Below are positions 1 through 9,984 of a stretch of 64,000 nt of DNA, piece after piece. The DNA is from an uncultured Mycoplasmatota bacterium (GTDB lineage Bacteria > Bacillota_I > Bacilli_A > RF39 > UBA660). The notes under the pieces were generated by a model. The model saw only the letters and a list, made by a program, of their open reading frames with translations, was not told the origin of the DNA and did not search any database. The stretch is from NCBI GenBank assembly GCA_947571135.1, contig CANOWY010000001.1:3604-67603 (forward strand), read 5' to 3'. Within the stretch, counting starts at the first letter, position 1. Each line of letters opens with the position of its first letter. Made by a program: the position numbers and the translations under genes.

Positions 1-1686
1 ATGAATAAAGAATTAATAGAAGAAATAAAAAATCTATATAATATAGATACAAAGGCCGAAATATTAATATCCAATCGTCCAGATTTATGTGATTATCAAT
101 ACAATGGAACTTTCGAACTAGCCAAAACGTTACACCAAAATCCTTTTGATATAGGAGAAAAAATTGTCGAAAAATTACTAAAAAATACAGAAGCATTAAA
201 AAAATTTTCTAAAATAGAATGTGTAAGACCAGGATTTATTAATTTTACCTTAACAGATTCTTATATCAATGAATGTCTGAATAAAATGAAAAAAGAAAAT
301 AAGTATAATGTTACTCTTCCCAAACAAGAAACAATTGTCATAGATTACGGAGGAGCCAATGTTGCGAAACCTCTTCATGTTGGGCACTTAAGACCTGCAA
401 TTGTAGGAGAATCTATCAAAAGACTTTTAAACTATATGAATCAAAATGTCATAGCAGATGTCCATTTAGGAGATTATGGCTTGCAAATTGGCCAAGTAAT
501 TTATGGACTAAAGCAAAAAAACATTGCTCCAAGTGAAATTACATTAGAAATCCTCTCTGATTTATATCCAAAAATCAGTGGTCTATGTAAGGAAAATGAA
601 AGTATCAAAGAAATTTGTGCTAACATTACCAAAGACTTACAAGAGGGAAATGAAGAGTATCAAACATACTTCAAAGAAATTTTAGAAATATCAAAAAAAG
701 ACATCAAAAAAATGTACGATTATATAGGAGTATCCTTTGACCTTTGGTTAGGAGAATCTAATGCCTATCCATATATTTTAGATGTAAAAAACTCCTTAGA
801 AAAAGCAAAACTATTAAAATCTAGCGAAGGAGCCCAAGTTGTGGATGTTAGAAAGGAAAATGACAAAATTGAAGTTCCCCCATTAATCTTCCAAAAATCA
901 AATGGTGCCTATTTATACGGAACAACAGATTTGGCAACTCTCTTTCAAAGAGAAAAAGACTATCATCCTAATAAAGTTTTGTATGTTGCTGATAGTCGTC
1001 AGAACCTTCATTTTACCCAAGTATTCCGTGTTGCTAAAAAAATAGAAGAAACAAAAAATATTGATTGTGAATTTTTAGGACTGGGAACAATCAATGGCAG
1101 TGATGGAAAACCTTTCAAAACCCGTGCTGGAAATACACCAAAATTACAAGAGTTATTTCAGGAAACCAAAGAAATATTTTTAAATAATGAAAGTCACAAT
1201 ACAGAATATGAAGAAAAAGACTTAGAAAAAATCATCGGCGCTATTATAAAATTCGCTGATTTACAGAACAATCGCGAAAAAGGATATATTTTTGATATTG
1301 AAAAATTTGCGGGAATTACGGGAAAAACAGGGCCATATATTCTTTATACCTATGTAAGAACAAAAAAAATTATAAAAAATAATGAAACTTTTGTAGACAA
1401 CTTATCAAAAACAATATATAATGTTCACGACCGAAGTTTAAGATTAAAAATTCTAGAATTAGATGAAATCTTAAATTATGCCTTTAAAACAAGGATGCCT
1501 TCGGTAATTGCAAATTATTTATATGAAATATGTGTTTTAGTGAATACATTTTACGAAAATAATCATATTAATAATTTAGAAGATTATGAGAAAAAAAGAG
1601 ATTGGGTAACCTTACTTTCCCTAACTTTAGATATAATAAAAGACTTACTTGAGATTTTAGTAATGGAAATCCCATCTAAAATGTAG
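1..1686 (+). CDS. argS: Arginine--tRNA ligase
   Basis: IDYGGANVAKPLHVGHLR (HIGH-type motif), HLGDYG, KPFKTRAG. ATG is at base 1, so upstream context is not visible. Confidence 0.96.
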   Translation: MNKELIEEIKNLYNIDTKAEILISNRPDLCDYQYNGTFELAKTLHQNPFDIGEKIVEKLLKNTEALKKFSKIECVRPGFINFTLTDSYINECLNKMKKENKYNVTLPKQETIVIDYGGANVAKPLHVGHLRPAIVGESIKRLLNYMNQNVIADVHLGDYGLQIGQVIYGLKQKNIAPSEITLEILSDLYPKISGLCKENESIKEICANITKDLQEGNEEYQTYFKEILEISKKDIKKMYDYIGVSFDLWLGESNAYPYILDVKNSLEKAKLLKSSEGAQVVDVRKENDKIEVPPLIFQKSNGAYLYGTTDLATLFQREKDYHPNKVLYVADSRQNLHFTQVFRVAKKIEETKNIDCEFLGLGTINGSDGKPFKTRAGNTPKLQELFQETKEIFLNNESHNTEYEEKDLEKIIGAIIKFADLQNNREKGYIFDIEKFAGITGKTGPYILYTYVRTKKIIKNNETFVDNLSKTIYNVHDRSLRLKILELDEILNYAFKTRMPSVIANYLYEICVLVNTFYENNHINNLEDYEKKRDWVTLLSLTLDIIKDLLEILVMEIPSKM

Positions 1687-1697
1687 GAGGAAAAATT

Positions 1698-2129
1698 ATG
1701 GATTTAAAAAGTCTTAGTAAAGAAGAATTAGAAACTATGTCTTATGATGATATTGCATTTGCAATTCTAACAGAAAAAAAACAAAAAATGAAAATAATAG
1801 ACTTATTTAATGAAATTGGAAAACTAATTAATTTATCAGAAGCCATAATAGAAGATAAAATTGGAGATTTCTTTGAAATGTTAACGCTAGATAAAAGATT
1901 TATTATGTTAGATGATGGCACATGGGATTTAAAAACTCGTCATGCTGGAAACGTAATTATTGATGATGAAGATGAAGATATTGTAACAGATGACATGGAA
2001 GACCTTGAGGAAGAAGAAAACGAAGATGAAGAAATTTTTTATGATGAAACAGATGACGATGATGAAACAGACGATTTAAAAGATTTAGTTGTAATTAGTG
2101 ATGAAGACGAAGAAGATTCCATGTTATAA
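1698..2129 (+). CDS. rpoE: RNA polymerase delta subunit
   Basis: N-terminal HARE-HTH-like region (FFEMLTLDKRFIMLDDGTWDLK), very acidic tail, follows argS as in Bacilli. Confidence 0.93.
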   Translation: MDLKSLSKEELETMSYDDIAFAILTEKKQKMKIIDLFNEIGKLINLSEAIIEDKIGDFFEMLTLDKRFIMLDDGTWDLKTRHAGNVIIDDEDEDIVTDDMEDLEEEENEDEEIFYDETDDDDETDDLKDLVVISDEDEEDSML

Positions 2130-2171
2130 CTATTCTTTTTCTTTATAAATAAATACGAGAGGAAATAACTT

Positions 2172-3227
2172 ATGGAAAATAGATTAGAAGCCATTCTAAA
2201 AAGATATCATGAAATTGAAAAAATACTGATGGAACCAGAAGTCATGCAAGACTTTAAAAAAGTAAGTAAACTTTCTAAAGAACGAAGCGATTTAGAAAAT
2301 ATTGTAAAAAAATATGAAGAATATAAAGATGCGAATGAAAAAATTACAGAAGCCAAAAGTTTAATGAATGATGTAGACCTTCGAGAAATGGCAGAAATGG
2401 AAATTATTGAACAAAATGAAAGATTAACAAAAATAACAAATGAATTAGAAATTTTATTAATTCCAAAAGACGAAAATGATGGCAAAAACGTTATTATGGA
2501 AATTCGTGGTGCGGCTGGTGGAGATGAAGCCAATATATTTGCTGGAGACCTATTTAGAATGTATACTTACTACGCCGAAAAAAATAACTGGAAAATAGAA
2601 GTCATTAACGAAATTTCTGGAACTAGTGGCGGATTTTCTCAAGTAGAATGTATGATTAAAGGAGACAATGTATATTCAAAACTAAAATACGAAAGTGGAG
2701 CGCATAGAGTGCAAAGAGTCCCAGAAACAGAGTCTGCAGGAAGAGTTCATACTTCCACTGCCACCGTTGTTGTCATGCCAGAAGTAGAAGATGTAGATAT
2801 TGAAATTAAAGAAAGTGACTTAAAAATTGATGTTTACCATTCAAGTGGAGCAGGAGGACAATCGGTAAATACTTCAAACTCTGCCGTTCGAATTACCCAT
2901 TTGCCTACCAATACCGTAGTAACTTGTCAAAATGAACGTAGTCAAATGAAAAATAAAGAACAGGCTATGTCTATATTAAAAGCCAAAATATATGATAATT
3001 TAGAACAACAAAAAAATAATGAAGTAACACAAGAGCGTAAAAGTAAGGTTGGATCAGGAGATCGTTCTGAAAAAATAAGAACTTATAACTATCCACAAAA
3101 TCGTGTAACAGATCATCGCATTAACTTTTCTATTATGGAACTAGATCGTGTGATGGACGGAGGCCTTGAACCAATTATTACGGCTTTAATTACAGAAGAT
3201 CAAAGAAGAAAATTAGAGGGAGAATAA
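2172..3227 (+). CDS. prfA: Peptide chain release factor 1
   Basis: EIRGAAGGDEA, HRVQRVPETE (PxT), GAGGQ, RSEKIRTYNYPQNRVTDHRI. Confidence 0.98.
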   Translation: MENRLEAILKRYHEIEKILMEPEVMQDFKKVSKLSKERSDLENIVKKYEEYKDANEKITEAKSLMNDVDLREMAEMEIIEQNERLTKITNELEILLIPKDENDGKNVIMEIRGAAGGDEANIFAGDLFRMYTYYAEKNNWKIEVINEISGTSGGFSQVECMIKGDNVYSKLKYESGAHRVQRVPETESAGRVHTSTATVVVMPEVEDVDIEIKESDLKIDVYHSSGAGGQSVNTSNSAVRITHLPTNTVVTCQNERSQMKNKEQAMSILKAKIYDNLEQQKNNEVTQERKSKVGSGDRSEKIRTYNYPQNRVTDHRINFSIMELDRVMDGGLEPIITALITEDQRRKLEGE

Positions 3228-3949
3228 TGTTTACAAAAAGAACTCTAACCGATTTAGATAAAAAATTATTACAAGAAAAATATCAAACAAACTACGAAGA
3301 AGCAATAAAAAAAGTAAATGCCGGCTACCCTATTCAATACTTAATAGGGAATGTCGCTTTTTTAAATGTTGAAATTAATGTCAATGAGCATGTCTTAATT
3401 CCTAGATTTGAAACAGAATATTTAGTAGAAAAAGTTTTAAAAAAAATAGAGAAATACAAACAAGAATCATTAAAGTTTTTGGATATATGTACGGGGAGCG
3501 GTTGTATTGCCATTGCTATTGCCAAAAATACAAACTTTTTTTGCCAAGGAATCGATATTTCAAAAGAAGCCTTACAAGTTGCAAAAGAAAACAGTATAAA
3601 AAATAACGTGACAGTGCAATACAAACAATTTGATATTTTAAAGGAAACAATAACAGAAAATTATGACGTTATAATATCTAACCCGCCTTATATCGGAAAA
3701 GAAGAAAGTGTAGATGAATCTGTTTACTATGAACCTCCAATCGCTTTATATGCAGAAGAAAATGGCATTATTTTTTATAGAAGAATACTAGAAAAAATCC
3801 AAAATAAACCAAGACTAATTGCCTTTGAAATTGGAGAAACCCAAAAAGATGAAATTATAAAATTAGCCACCCAAAAATTTCCAAATGCGAAAATATCTTG
3901 CGAAAAAGATTTATGTGGAAAATTTCGTTATATTTTCATTGAACAATAA
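3227..3949 (+). CDS. prmC: Release factor glutamine methyltransferase
   Basis: LIPRFETE, DICTGSG, SNPPY; coupled to prfA; short N-terminus. Confidence 0.95.
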   Translation: MFTKRTLTDLDKKLLQEKYQTNYEEAIKKVNAGYPIQYLIGNVAFLNVEINVNEHVLIPRFETEYLVEKVLKKIEKYKQESLKFLDICTGSGCIAIAIAKNTNFFCQGIDISKEALQVAKENSIKNNVTVQYKQFDILKETITENYDVIISNPPYIGKEESVDESVYYEPPIALYAEENGIIFYRRILEKIQNKPRLIAFEIGETQKDEIIKLATQKFPNAKISCEKDLCGKFRYIFIEQ

Positions 3950-4004
3950 ATACACTAATAATAGGTCATGTAATAAAAGAGATGTGGAACATATCCTTAA
4001 AAAC

Positions 4005-4033
4005 TTGACAATCTAGTGTAGAAAATATAAAAT
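4005..4033 (+). promoter_or_regulatory. sigma-A promoter of the glycosyltransferase gene
   Basis: TTGACA(4005-4010)-17 bp-TAAAAT(4028-4033). Confidence 0.75.
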
Positions 4034-4111
4034 GGAATAGAGTTAATAACAAAAAAGTCACATTTTAGTCACAATTCAATTATATAGTGTTATTAATAAA
4101 GGAGTAATAGT

Positions 4112-5344
4112 ATGGTACAAATGATTTATTATATATTATTTATCATCACGCTTTTATATGGCTTATATTTTGCTATAACAGGATTATTTGCTTTCAAAAA
4201 AGAAGACATACCAAAAATTCGTCCATTTAGAGCAAGAACAAAATTTGCTGTTGTTATTGCGGCAAGAAATGAAGGTAAAGTTGTAGGGGATCTAATAAAA
4301 AGTTTAAAAGAACAAAATTATCCTAATGATTTATATGACATTTATACATTTGTAAACAATAGTAACGACGATACTTATGAAGTTGCAAAAAAAGCAGGAG
4401 CGAAAGCCGTGAATGTGACTGTTCCAGTAAAATCAAAAGGAGACGTATTAAAATTTGCTTTTGCCAAATTAAAGAAAAAGGATTATGATGCCTATATTAT
4501 TTTTGATGCTGATAATGTTGTACATCCTGATTTCTTAAAATTAATGAACAACACATACCTTTCTGGATATAAAGTAGCACAAGGAAGAAAAGATAGTAAA
4601 AATATTGAAGATAACTGGTTAAGTGCAAGTCATTCTATTTTCTATTATATTCAAAATTTCTTTTTTAACAAAGCACGTATGAAAATAGATTCTGCTGCTG
4701 CAATCAATGGAACTGGATTTATGGTTTCTAAAAGTGTAATCGACGAAGGATTTGATCCGAAAACAATAACTGAAGATATAGAATTATCTATTCAATGTGT
4801 ATTAAAAGGATATAAAATTGCGTATGTAGAAGATGCTATAACTTATGACGAACAAGTTTTAAAATTTATGGATTCTTGGAATCAAAGAAGTCGTTGGAGC
4901 AAAGGAATTATCGAATGCTTTCGAATCTACAAAAAACCTTTACTAAAAAAGATTATAAAAGAAAGAGACTTTGCAGCATTAGATAAATTTATGTTTGCCA
5001 TAGCACCTTATTTTCAAGTATTAGGTGTTGGATTAACATTAATGCTTGGCGTATTTAATATTTTAGGAATTGAATTAAACGATTTATTTTCTTACTTTTT
5101 CTCATTAGGTTATGTATGTTTCATGATTGGTTACTTATGCTGTATCATTATGAATATGTTTGTAATTCTTTATTATAAAAGAGATATTGAAACAACAATG
5201 CATGGAATATTATTATTTATGGTATTTCTAATGTCATGGATACCAATTAACATTATATGTTTATTCAAAAAAGACTTAAAATGGGTACAAATTGAACACA
5301 ATAGAAAAGCAAATATGGACACTTTATTAAACGAAAATCAGTAA
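4112..5344 (+). CDS. Processive GT2-family glycosyltransferase, membrane-bound
   Basis: IAARNE, FDADN (DxD), TED, QRSRW (QxxRW), C-terminal TM helices. Confidence 0.9.
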   Translation: MVQMIYYILFIITLLYGLYFAITGLFAFKKEDIPKIRPFRARTKFAVVIAARNEGKVVGDLIKSLKEQNYPNDLYDIYTFVNNSNDDTYEVAKKAGAKAVNVTVPVKSKGDVLKFAFAKLKKKDYDAYIIFDADNVVHPDFLKLMNNTYLSGYKVAQGRKDSKNIEDNWLSASHSIFYYIQNFFFNKARMKIDSAAAINGTGFMVSKSVIDEGFDPKTITEDIELSIQCVLKGYKIAYVEDAITYDEQVLKFMDSWNQRSRWSKGIIECFRIYKKPLLKKIIKERDFAALDKFMFAIAPYFQVLGVGLTLMLGVFNILGIELNDLFSYFFSLGYVCFMIGYLCCIIMNMFVILYYKRDIETTMHGILLFMVFLMSWIPINIICLFKKDLKWVQIEHNRKANMDTLLNENQ

Positions 5345-5393
5345 TATGAATAAAAAATAAACAATTAAGACATAATTATTTAGGTGAACTAAA

Positions 5394-5900
5394 ATGAAAA
5401 AAATAATTATTGTCTTATTTTTATTTACAGTAATATGTTTTATAAACAAAGGTGAAGAAGAATATATAATTCCAGATAATGCAATAAGATTAAGAGTCAT
5501 TGCAAGTAGCAATACTTTTGAAGATCAAGCAACCAAGATGGAAATAAAAAACAACATTGAAAATATTCTAAAAAACGATATAGCAGTCCCTCAAAACAAA
5601 GAACAAGTAAGTCTTGCTATCAATCAAAAAATACCTGAAATTAAAACAATGATTAACAACTATAACCTTCCCTACCAAATCAATTATGGGAAAAATTACT
5701 TTCCAGAAAAAAGTTATAAAGGTGTAAAATATGAAAGTGGAATGTATGATTCTTTAGTTGTCACATTAGGAAAAGGTGAAGGAGAAAATTGGTGGTGTGT
5801 ACTCTTCCCTCCCCTATGCTTAATGGAAGCCCAAGAAACGAATATGAAAGATGTCGACTACGAATGGTTTGTAAAAGATATATTTAAAAAATATATGTAA
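5394..5900 (+). CDS. spoIIR: Stage II sporulation protein R
   Basis: IRLRVIASSN..DQ..K, YFPEKSY, LGKGEGENWWCVLFPPLC. Confidence 0.95.
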   Translation: MKKIIIVLFLFTVICFINKGEEEYIIPDNAIRLRVIASSNTFEDQATKMEIKNNIENILKNDIAVPQNKEQVSLAINQKIPEIKTMINNYNLPYQINYGKNYFPEKSYKGVKYESGMYDSLVVTLGKGEGENWWCVLFPPLCLMEAQETNMKDVDYEWFVKDIFKKYM

Positions 5901-5910
5901 TTTTCTAAAA

Positions 5911-5946
5911 CCTTCCTTAGTATATTTAACTAAGGAGGATTTTTTT
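5911..5946 (+). terminator. Hairpin plus T-tract after spoIIR, overlapping the RBS of the next gene
   Basis: CCTTCCTTAGT-atattta-ACTAAGGAGG followed by ATTTTTTT. Confidence 0.6.
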
Positions 5947-6486
5947 ATGAAAGAAAGTCTTACAATACTTACCATTGCCATTGCCTTAAGTATGGATACT
6001 TTTTCTCTATCCCTTGGAATAGGAACTGGCAATATATCCAAAAAAAGATGTTTACTCTTCTCTATTATTGTAGGAATTATGCATTTTATAATGCCTTTAA
6101 TCGGAAACTTAATTGGAAACAAAATCGTCGAAATATTTATGTTAAAAAGTAATTTCCTCTTAGGAATTATTTTAATTTATTTAGCCATTACAATGTTAAT
6201 TGAACTTATAAAACAAGAAGATAAACCAAAAAACATGAATATATTTAATATGCTTTTATTCTCGTTAGGCGTTTCCATAGATAGTTTCTCAACGGGAATT
6301 GGACTCAGTGCTATTACTAGTAACATGTTTACAGCAGTTGTTATATTTTCTATTACAAGTTTTTGTTTCACATATATAGGTTTGTTAATAGGCAAATATG
6401 CCAATCGATTACTAGGAGTTTATGCAACTATTTTTGGGTCTATTTTATTAATTATAATAGGTGTTTTTCATTTATGTAAATATTAA
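5947..6486 (+). CDS. mntP: Manganese efflux pump MntP family (YwlD-like)
   Basis: AIALSMDTFSLS, LGVSIDSF, six TM helices, position after spoIIR. Confidence 0.85.
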   Translation: MKESLTILTIAIALSMDTFSLSLGIGTGNISKKRCLLFSIIVGIMHFIMPLIGNLIGNKIVEIFMLKSNFLLGIILIYLAITMLIELIKQEDKPKNMNIFNMLLFSLGVSIDSFSTGIGLSAITSNMFTAVVIFSITSFCFTYIGLLIGKYANRLLGVYATIFGSILLIIIGVFHLCKY

Positions 6487-6553
6487 ACCGGCATGAACTC
6501 GACAAATCAGACATAAAATTATATAATTAAAGAGATAAAAGGAACGTGATGAA

Positions 6554-7810
6554 ATGCAAAAATTAGTAATACAAGGTGGTAATTTATTAAGTGGAACTAT
6601 TAAAATAAATGGTGCTAAAAATAGTGTAGTTGCCCTACTACCCGCTGCAATTCTTTCTGATGAAGAAACCATTATATACAATGTTCCTCATATTACAGAT
6701 GTTGATGTTTTAAAAGAAATTATCGAATTATTAAATGGAAAACTGGTAGTAGAAGAAGATTCTATAAAAATCGATTCTAGTCAAATTATAAATACAACAA
6801 TACCAGAAAAATTATCCAATAAATTACGTGCTTCGTATTACTTTATGGGAGCCTTGCTTTCAAAATTCAAACACGTAGAAATTTATTTTCCAGGAGGCTG
6901 TAACTTTGGTGCAAGACAAATTGATTACCACTTAAAAGGATTTGAAGCCCTAGGTGCAACCATTACGATGGAAGAAAATAAATTTATTATTGATGCCAAA
7001 GAATTAAAGGGAGCAGAAATTGCTTTAAACTTTGCGAGTGTTGGAGCAACCATTAACTTAATGCTCGCTTCAGTAAAAGCAGAAGGCAAAACGACGATAT
7101 ACAATGCTGCAAAAGAACCAGAAATTGTGAACGTTGCTTCCTTTTTAAATAACATGGGAGCAAACATACAAGGTGCTGGAACAAGTACAATCAAAATAAC
7201 AGGTGTAAAAAAATTAGGACATGCAATTGTAGACGTTATTCCAGATCGTATAGAAGCAGGTACATATATCATTGCTGGGGCTCTAATAGGAGATAATTTG
7301 AAAATTTCTAATATCATTCCAGAACACTTAGCAAGTCTTCTTGTAAAATTAAAAGAAATGAACATTAATTATGTAGAAACAACAAATGAAATTATTATTA
7401 GCAGATGCCAAAATGCAAAAGCAACAGACATTAAAACAGGAGTTTACCCTGGATATCCAACAGATCTTGCCCAACCCATATGTGTATTACTAGCAAATGC
7501 TACTGGAACATCTCATTTAACAGAAACTATCTATGCCAAACGTATGGGGCATGTAGAATACCTAAAACAAATGGGAGCCAATATAGATATTATTGATAAC
7601 ACTGAAATTATTACAGGACCTTCAAAATTTTATGGAACTGATGTTGAAGCAAGTGACCTAAGAGCAGGAGCCACTCTTTTCCTAGCCGCTCTAATAGCAG
7701 AAGGCAAAACTAATATTACAAACATTCAATACATTTTAAGAGGATATGAAAATATCGTAAAAAAACTATCCAATGTTGGTGCTAATATTCATATAGAAGA
7801 AATAAAATAG
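6554..7810 (+). CDS. murA: UDP-N-acetylglucosamine 1-carboxyvinyltransferase
   Basis: GAKNS, LRASYY, PGGCNFGAR, KEPEI, PDRIEAGT, YPGYPTDL, DLRAGA. Confidence 0.97.
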   Translation: MQKLVIQGGNLLSGTIKINGAKNSVVALLPAAILSDEETIIYNVPHITDVDVLKEIIELLNGKLVVEEDSIKIDSSQIINTTIPEKLSNKLRASYYFMGALLSKFKHVEIYFPGGCNFGARQIDYHLKGFEALGATITMEENKFIIDAKELKGAEIALNFASVGATINLMLASVKAEGKTTIYNAAKEPEIVNVASFLNNMGANIQGAGTSTIKITGVKKLGHAIVDVIPDRIEAGTYIIAGALIGDNLKISNIIPEHLASLLVKLKEMNINYVETTNEIIISRCQNAKATDIKTGVYPGYPTDLAQPICVLLANATGTSHLTETIYAKRMGHVEYLKQMGANIDIIDNTEIITGPSKFYGTDVEASDLRAGATLFLAALIAEGKTNITNIQYILRGYENIVKKLSNVGANIHIEEIK

Positions 7811-7829
7811 TAGTAGAAACTACTATTTT
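7805..7829 (+). terminator. Intrinsic terminator after murA
   Basis: ATAGTAGT-agaa-ACTACTAT followed by TTTT. Confidence 0.7.
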
Positions 7830-7843
7830 TATATGGGGGAATT

Positions 7844-8545
7844 ATGAAATATAAAATATTAATTATTATTACTTTAGGAACCATTTTTACATCAATTATT
7901 TACTTTCATACTGATAAAGACAATCTAAACGTTTTAGTTCTTGGAGATGGCATTTCAACTGGAATGACTTCTTATCATATAGAAGGATACGACTATAATG
8001 AATACTTAATAGAATATTTAAATGAAAATAACAAATTGGAAAACTACTATAAAAACTTTAATGAAGTAGATGAGACAGCAAGCAATCTCGTAAACAAATT
8101 AAATAACAACATAGAAAATATAGAAAAAAAAATAAAATTAAAACAAGCCGTGAAAGAAGCGGATATTATCACCATAACTCTTGGTATGGACGAACTAAAT
8201 AACTATGCCAAAAAAAATAATTTAGGTTCTACTAAGATAAATGGATATTTAAGTAAATATAAAGAAGTACTAACAATCTTAAGAAAATTAAACAACAAAA
8301 AGATTTATTTAATTAGTCTATATGAAACCAATTTAGTAAATAAAACAAAAATAAAAAAAATAAATGAAGAATTACAAAAATTATGTAATCAAAATAACAT
8401 TACATATATAAATATAGAAGATATAACAGCAAATAAAGAGTTCTTTACGACTAAAAATGAGTACTATTTAAATTATAAAGGCCAAAAATATATTTTTAAT
8501 AAAATAAAAGATACATTAGAACCTCCAACTATGAAAATTATTTGA
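7844..8545 (+). CDS. SGNH/GDSL hydrolase family protein with N-terminal anchor
   Basis: VLGDGIS block I (Ser position altered), ITLGMDEL block III, degenerate block V. Confidence 0.7.
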   Translation: MKYKILIIITLGTIFTSIIYFHTDKDNLNVLVLGDGISTGMTSYHIEGYDYNEYLIEYLNENNKLENYYKNFNEVDETASNLVNKLNNNIENIEKKIKLKQAVKEADIITITLGMDELNNYAKKNNLGSTKINGYLSKYKEVLTILRKLNNKKIYLISLYETNLVNKTKIKKINEELQKLCNQNNITYINIEDITANKEFFTTKNEYYLNYKGQKYIFNKIKDTLEPPTMKII

Positions 8546-8550
8546 AAATC

Positions 8551-8691
8551 AAAAAATATTAATTTTGTCTAAATTCGTATGAATTTGGCAACTTGGTCTT
8601 TTTTTGAGAAATTCTCTAGCAAATTTCCTTTCCTTTATATTAAATTTGGTAAATTAGTAATTTAACGTCATTATTTAGTTGTATTATAGTG
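8551..8691 (+). repeat. Dispersed ~142-bp hairpin/promoter element, copy 1
   Basis: Colinear similarity to 34322-34464 and 60304-60445 (AATTTTGT..AAATTC.TATGAATTTGGCAA.TTGGTCTTTT ... AAATT.GTAATTT ... TTGT.TTATAGTG). Confidence 0.8.
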
Positions 8692-8758
8692 TATTTTTCG
8701 AGATGCAAAACCTCTAGCGTTTGCCACCTTCATCTGTTATCGAGGGAAGCAGTTACAA

Positions 8759-8883
8759 ATGAATAAGCAAGACTTTTTAGTTTTGGACCTAACAATAATT
8801 CTATTAATTTTTTCAACTAGAAAACTAATTTCAAGGAGATTAAAGTAAAGGATTTATCTGATAGAAATATTAACAGTCAGTAG
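8759..8883 (+). pseudogene. Possible decayed N-terminus of an Rpn-like gene, or a 29-aa small ORF (8759-8848)
   Basis: ATG with GAGGGAAG upstream; joined frames read MNKQDFLV/FGPNNNSINFFN*KTNFKEIKVKDL, only weakly Rpn-like. Confidence 0.25.
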
Positions 8884-8946
8884 AACAAGTTTATAGAAAA
8901 AAAATAAGCAAGAAACAAGTTTAAAATCATAAACTAAATTAGGGGA

Positions 8947-8974
8947 TTGCTAATTTGTTTAAATGTGATATAAT
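8947..8974 (+). promoter_or_regulatory. sigma-A promoter of rpmE
   Basis: TTGCTA-16 bp-TATAAT with extended TG; leader hairpin ATGCCTA-agat-TAGGTAT follows. Confidence 0.55.
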
Positions 8975-9028
8975 ACAAAAGACGAAAGAATCTATGCCTA
9001 AGATTAGGTATGGCGAAAGGAGCGAATT

Positions 9029-9247
9029 ATGAGAGCGAATATTCATCCAGAAATGAAAGAAGCCACTGTAAAATGTGCTTGTGGTGCAACTTTTAAAACA
9101 AGATCAACAAAAGAGAATATTGAAGTTGAAATTTGTAGCGAATGTCATCCTTTTTATACAGGAAAACAAGGAAATACAAAAAGAACTGGAAATATTGAAA
9201 AATTTAACCGTAAATATGGTCTAAATAATGATAATAAGGCTGCATAA
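9029..9247 (+). CDS. rpmE: 50S ribosomal protein L31, Zn-binding type
   Basis: [17 protein letters not shown]. Confidence 0.97.
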   Translation: MRANIHPEMKEATVKCACGATFKTRSTKENIEVEICSECHPFYTGKQGNTKRTGNIEKFNRKYGLNNDNKAA

Positions 9248-9330
9248 GCAGTTTTTTTTATGCTATAATTAAAATGTGTGAGAAAAAAAGTAAAAAAAGC
9301 AAATAATTAAATAAAGAAAGGAAAAAAATA

Positions 9331-9786
9331 ATGAAAATTTTTATAGGCTCTGACCATCGAGGAGTTGAAATAAAAAAAGAGATAATGAAAAATTTAGAAG
9401 AAGATGGATTTGATATATACAATACCAAAACTCCAAACAAAGAAGTAGATGACTATCCTGATTTTGCATTTGAAGTAGGTGAAAATGTCATAAAAAACGA
9501 TGATTCTTTAGGAATCCTAATCTGTGGCAATGGGATAGGAATTAGTATAGCAGCAAATAAAGTAAAAGGAATTCGTTGTGCAAGAGTGTTTAATGAAGAC
9601 GATGCCTTTAAATCAAAAAATCATAATGGAGCAAATGTGATTGCCATTGGAGCAGACATTCCTTTAGAAAAAGCCATGTCAATTATAGATGTCTTTATCA
9701 GTACCAAAATGGCAAATGAAGAAAGACACCTAAAAAGAATAAATAAAATCATAAATTACGAAAATGGCGAATATAATGAACTATAA
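9331..9786 (+). CDS. rpiB: Ribose-5-phosphate isomerase B
   Basis: GSDHRG, DYPDFA, GILICGNGIGISIAANKVKGIRCA, HNGANV. Confidence 0.95.
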   Translation: MKIFIGSDHRGVEIKKEIMKNLEEDGFDIYNTKTPNKEVDDYPDFAFEVGENVIKNDDSLGILICGNGIGISIAANKVKGIRCARVFNEDDAFKSKNHNGANVIAIGADIPLEKAMSIIDVFISTKMANEERHLKRINKIINYENGEYNEL

Positions 9787-9973
9787 ATTATTAGTATATG
9801 TTTTTAATATTATGTTGTGTATTTTTTCTTTAAGTGGTATCAATTATGAAAAATTTATCAAAAGTAAACGAGTATGGGAAACAAGAATACTAGTTGTTGT
9901 TTTATCACTTGTACTTGCCTACCTACTCACAAACTTTATCTTTGATTTTTTAAGTGTTAGTACAATATCATAA
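9764..9973 (+). CDS. DUF1146 (YwzB-like) small membrane protein
   Basis: Two TM helices, IN.EKFIK, position upstream of spoIID. Confidence 0.75.
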   Translation: MANIMNYKLLVYVFNIMLCIFSLSGINYEKFIKSKRVWETRILVVVLSLVLAYLLTNFIFDFLSVSTIS

Positions 9974-9984
9974 GGAGAATATTT

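Noticed and set aside
5348-5376. sigma-F promoter for spoIIR (GAATA-15-AGACATAAT)
   Set aside because: Biologically expected, but mismatches in both elements make it too weak to list as a feature.
5901-5946. yybP-ykoY manganese riboswitch upstream of mntP
   Set aside because: The intergenic region is too short and lacks the motif.
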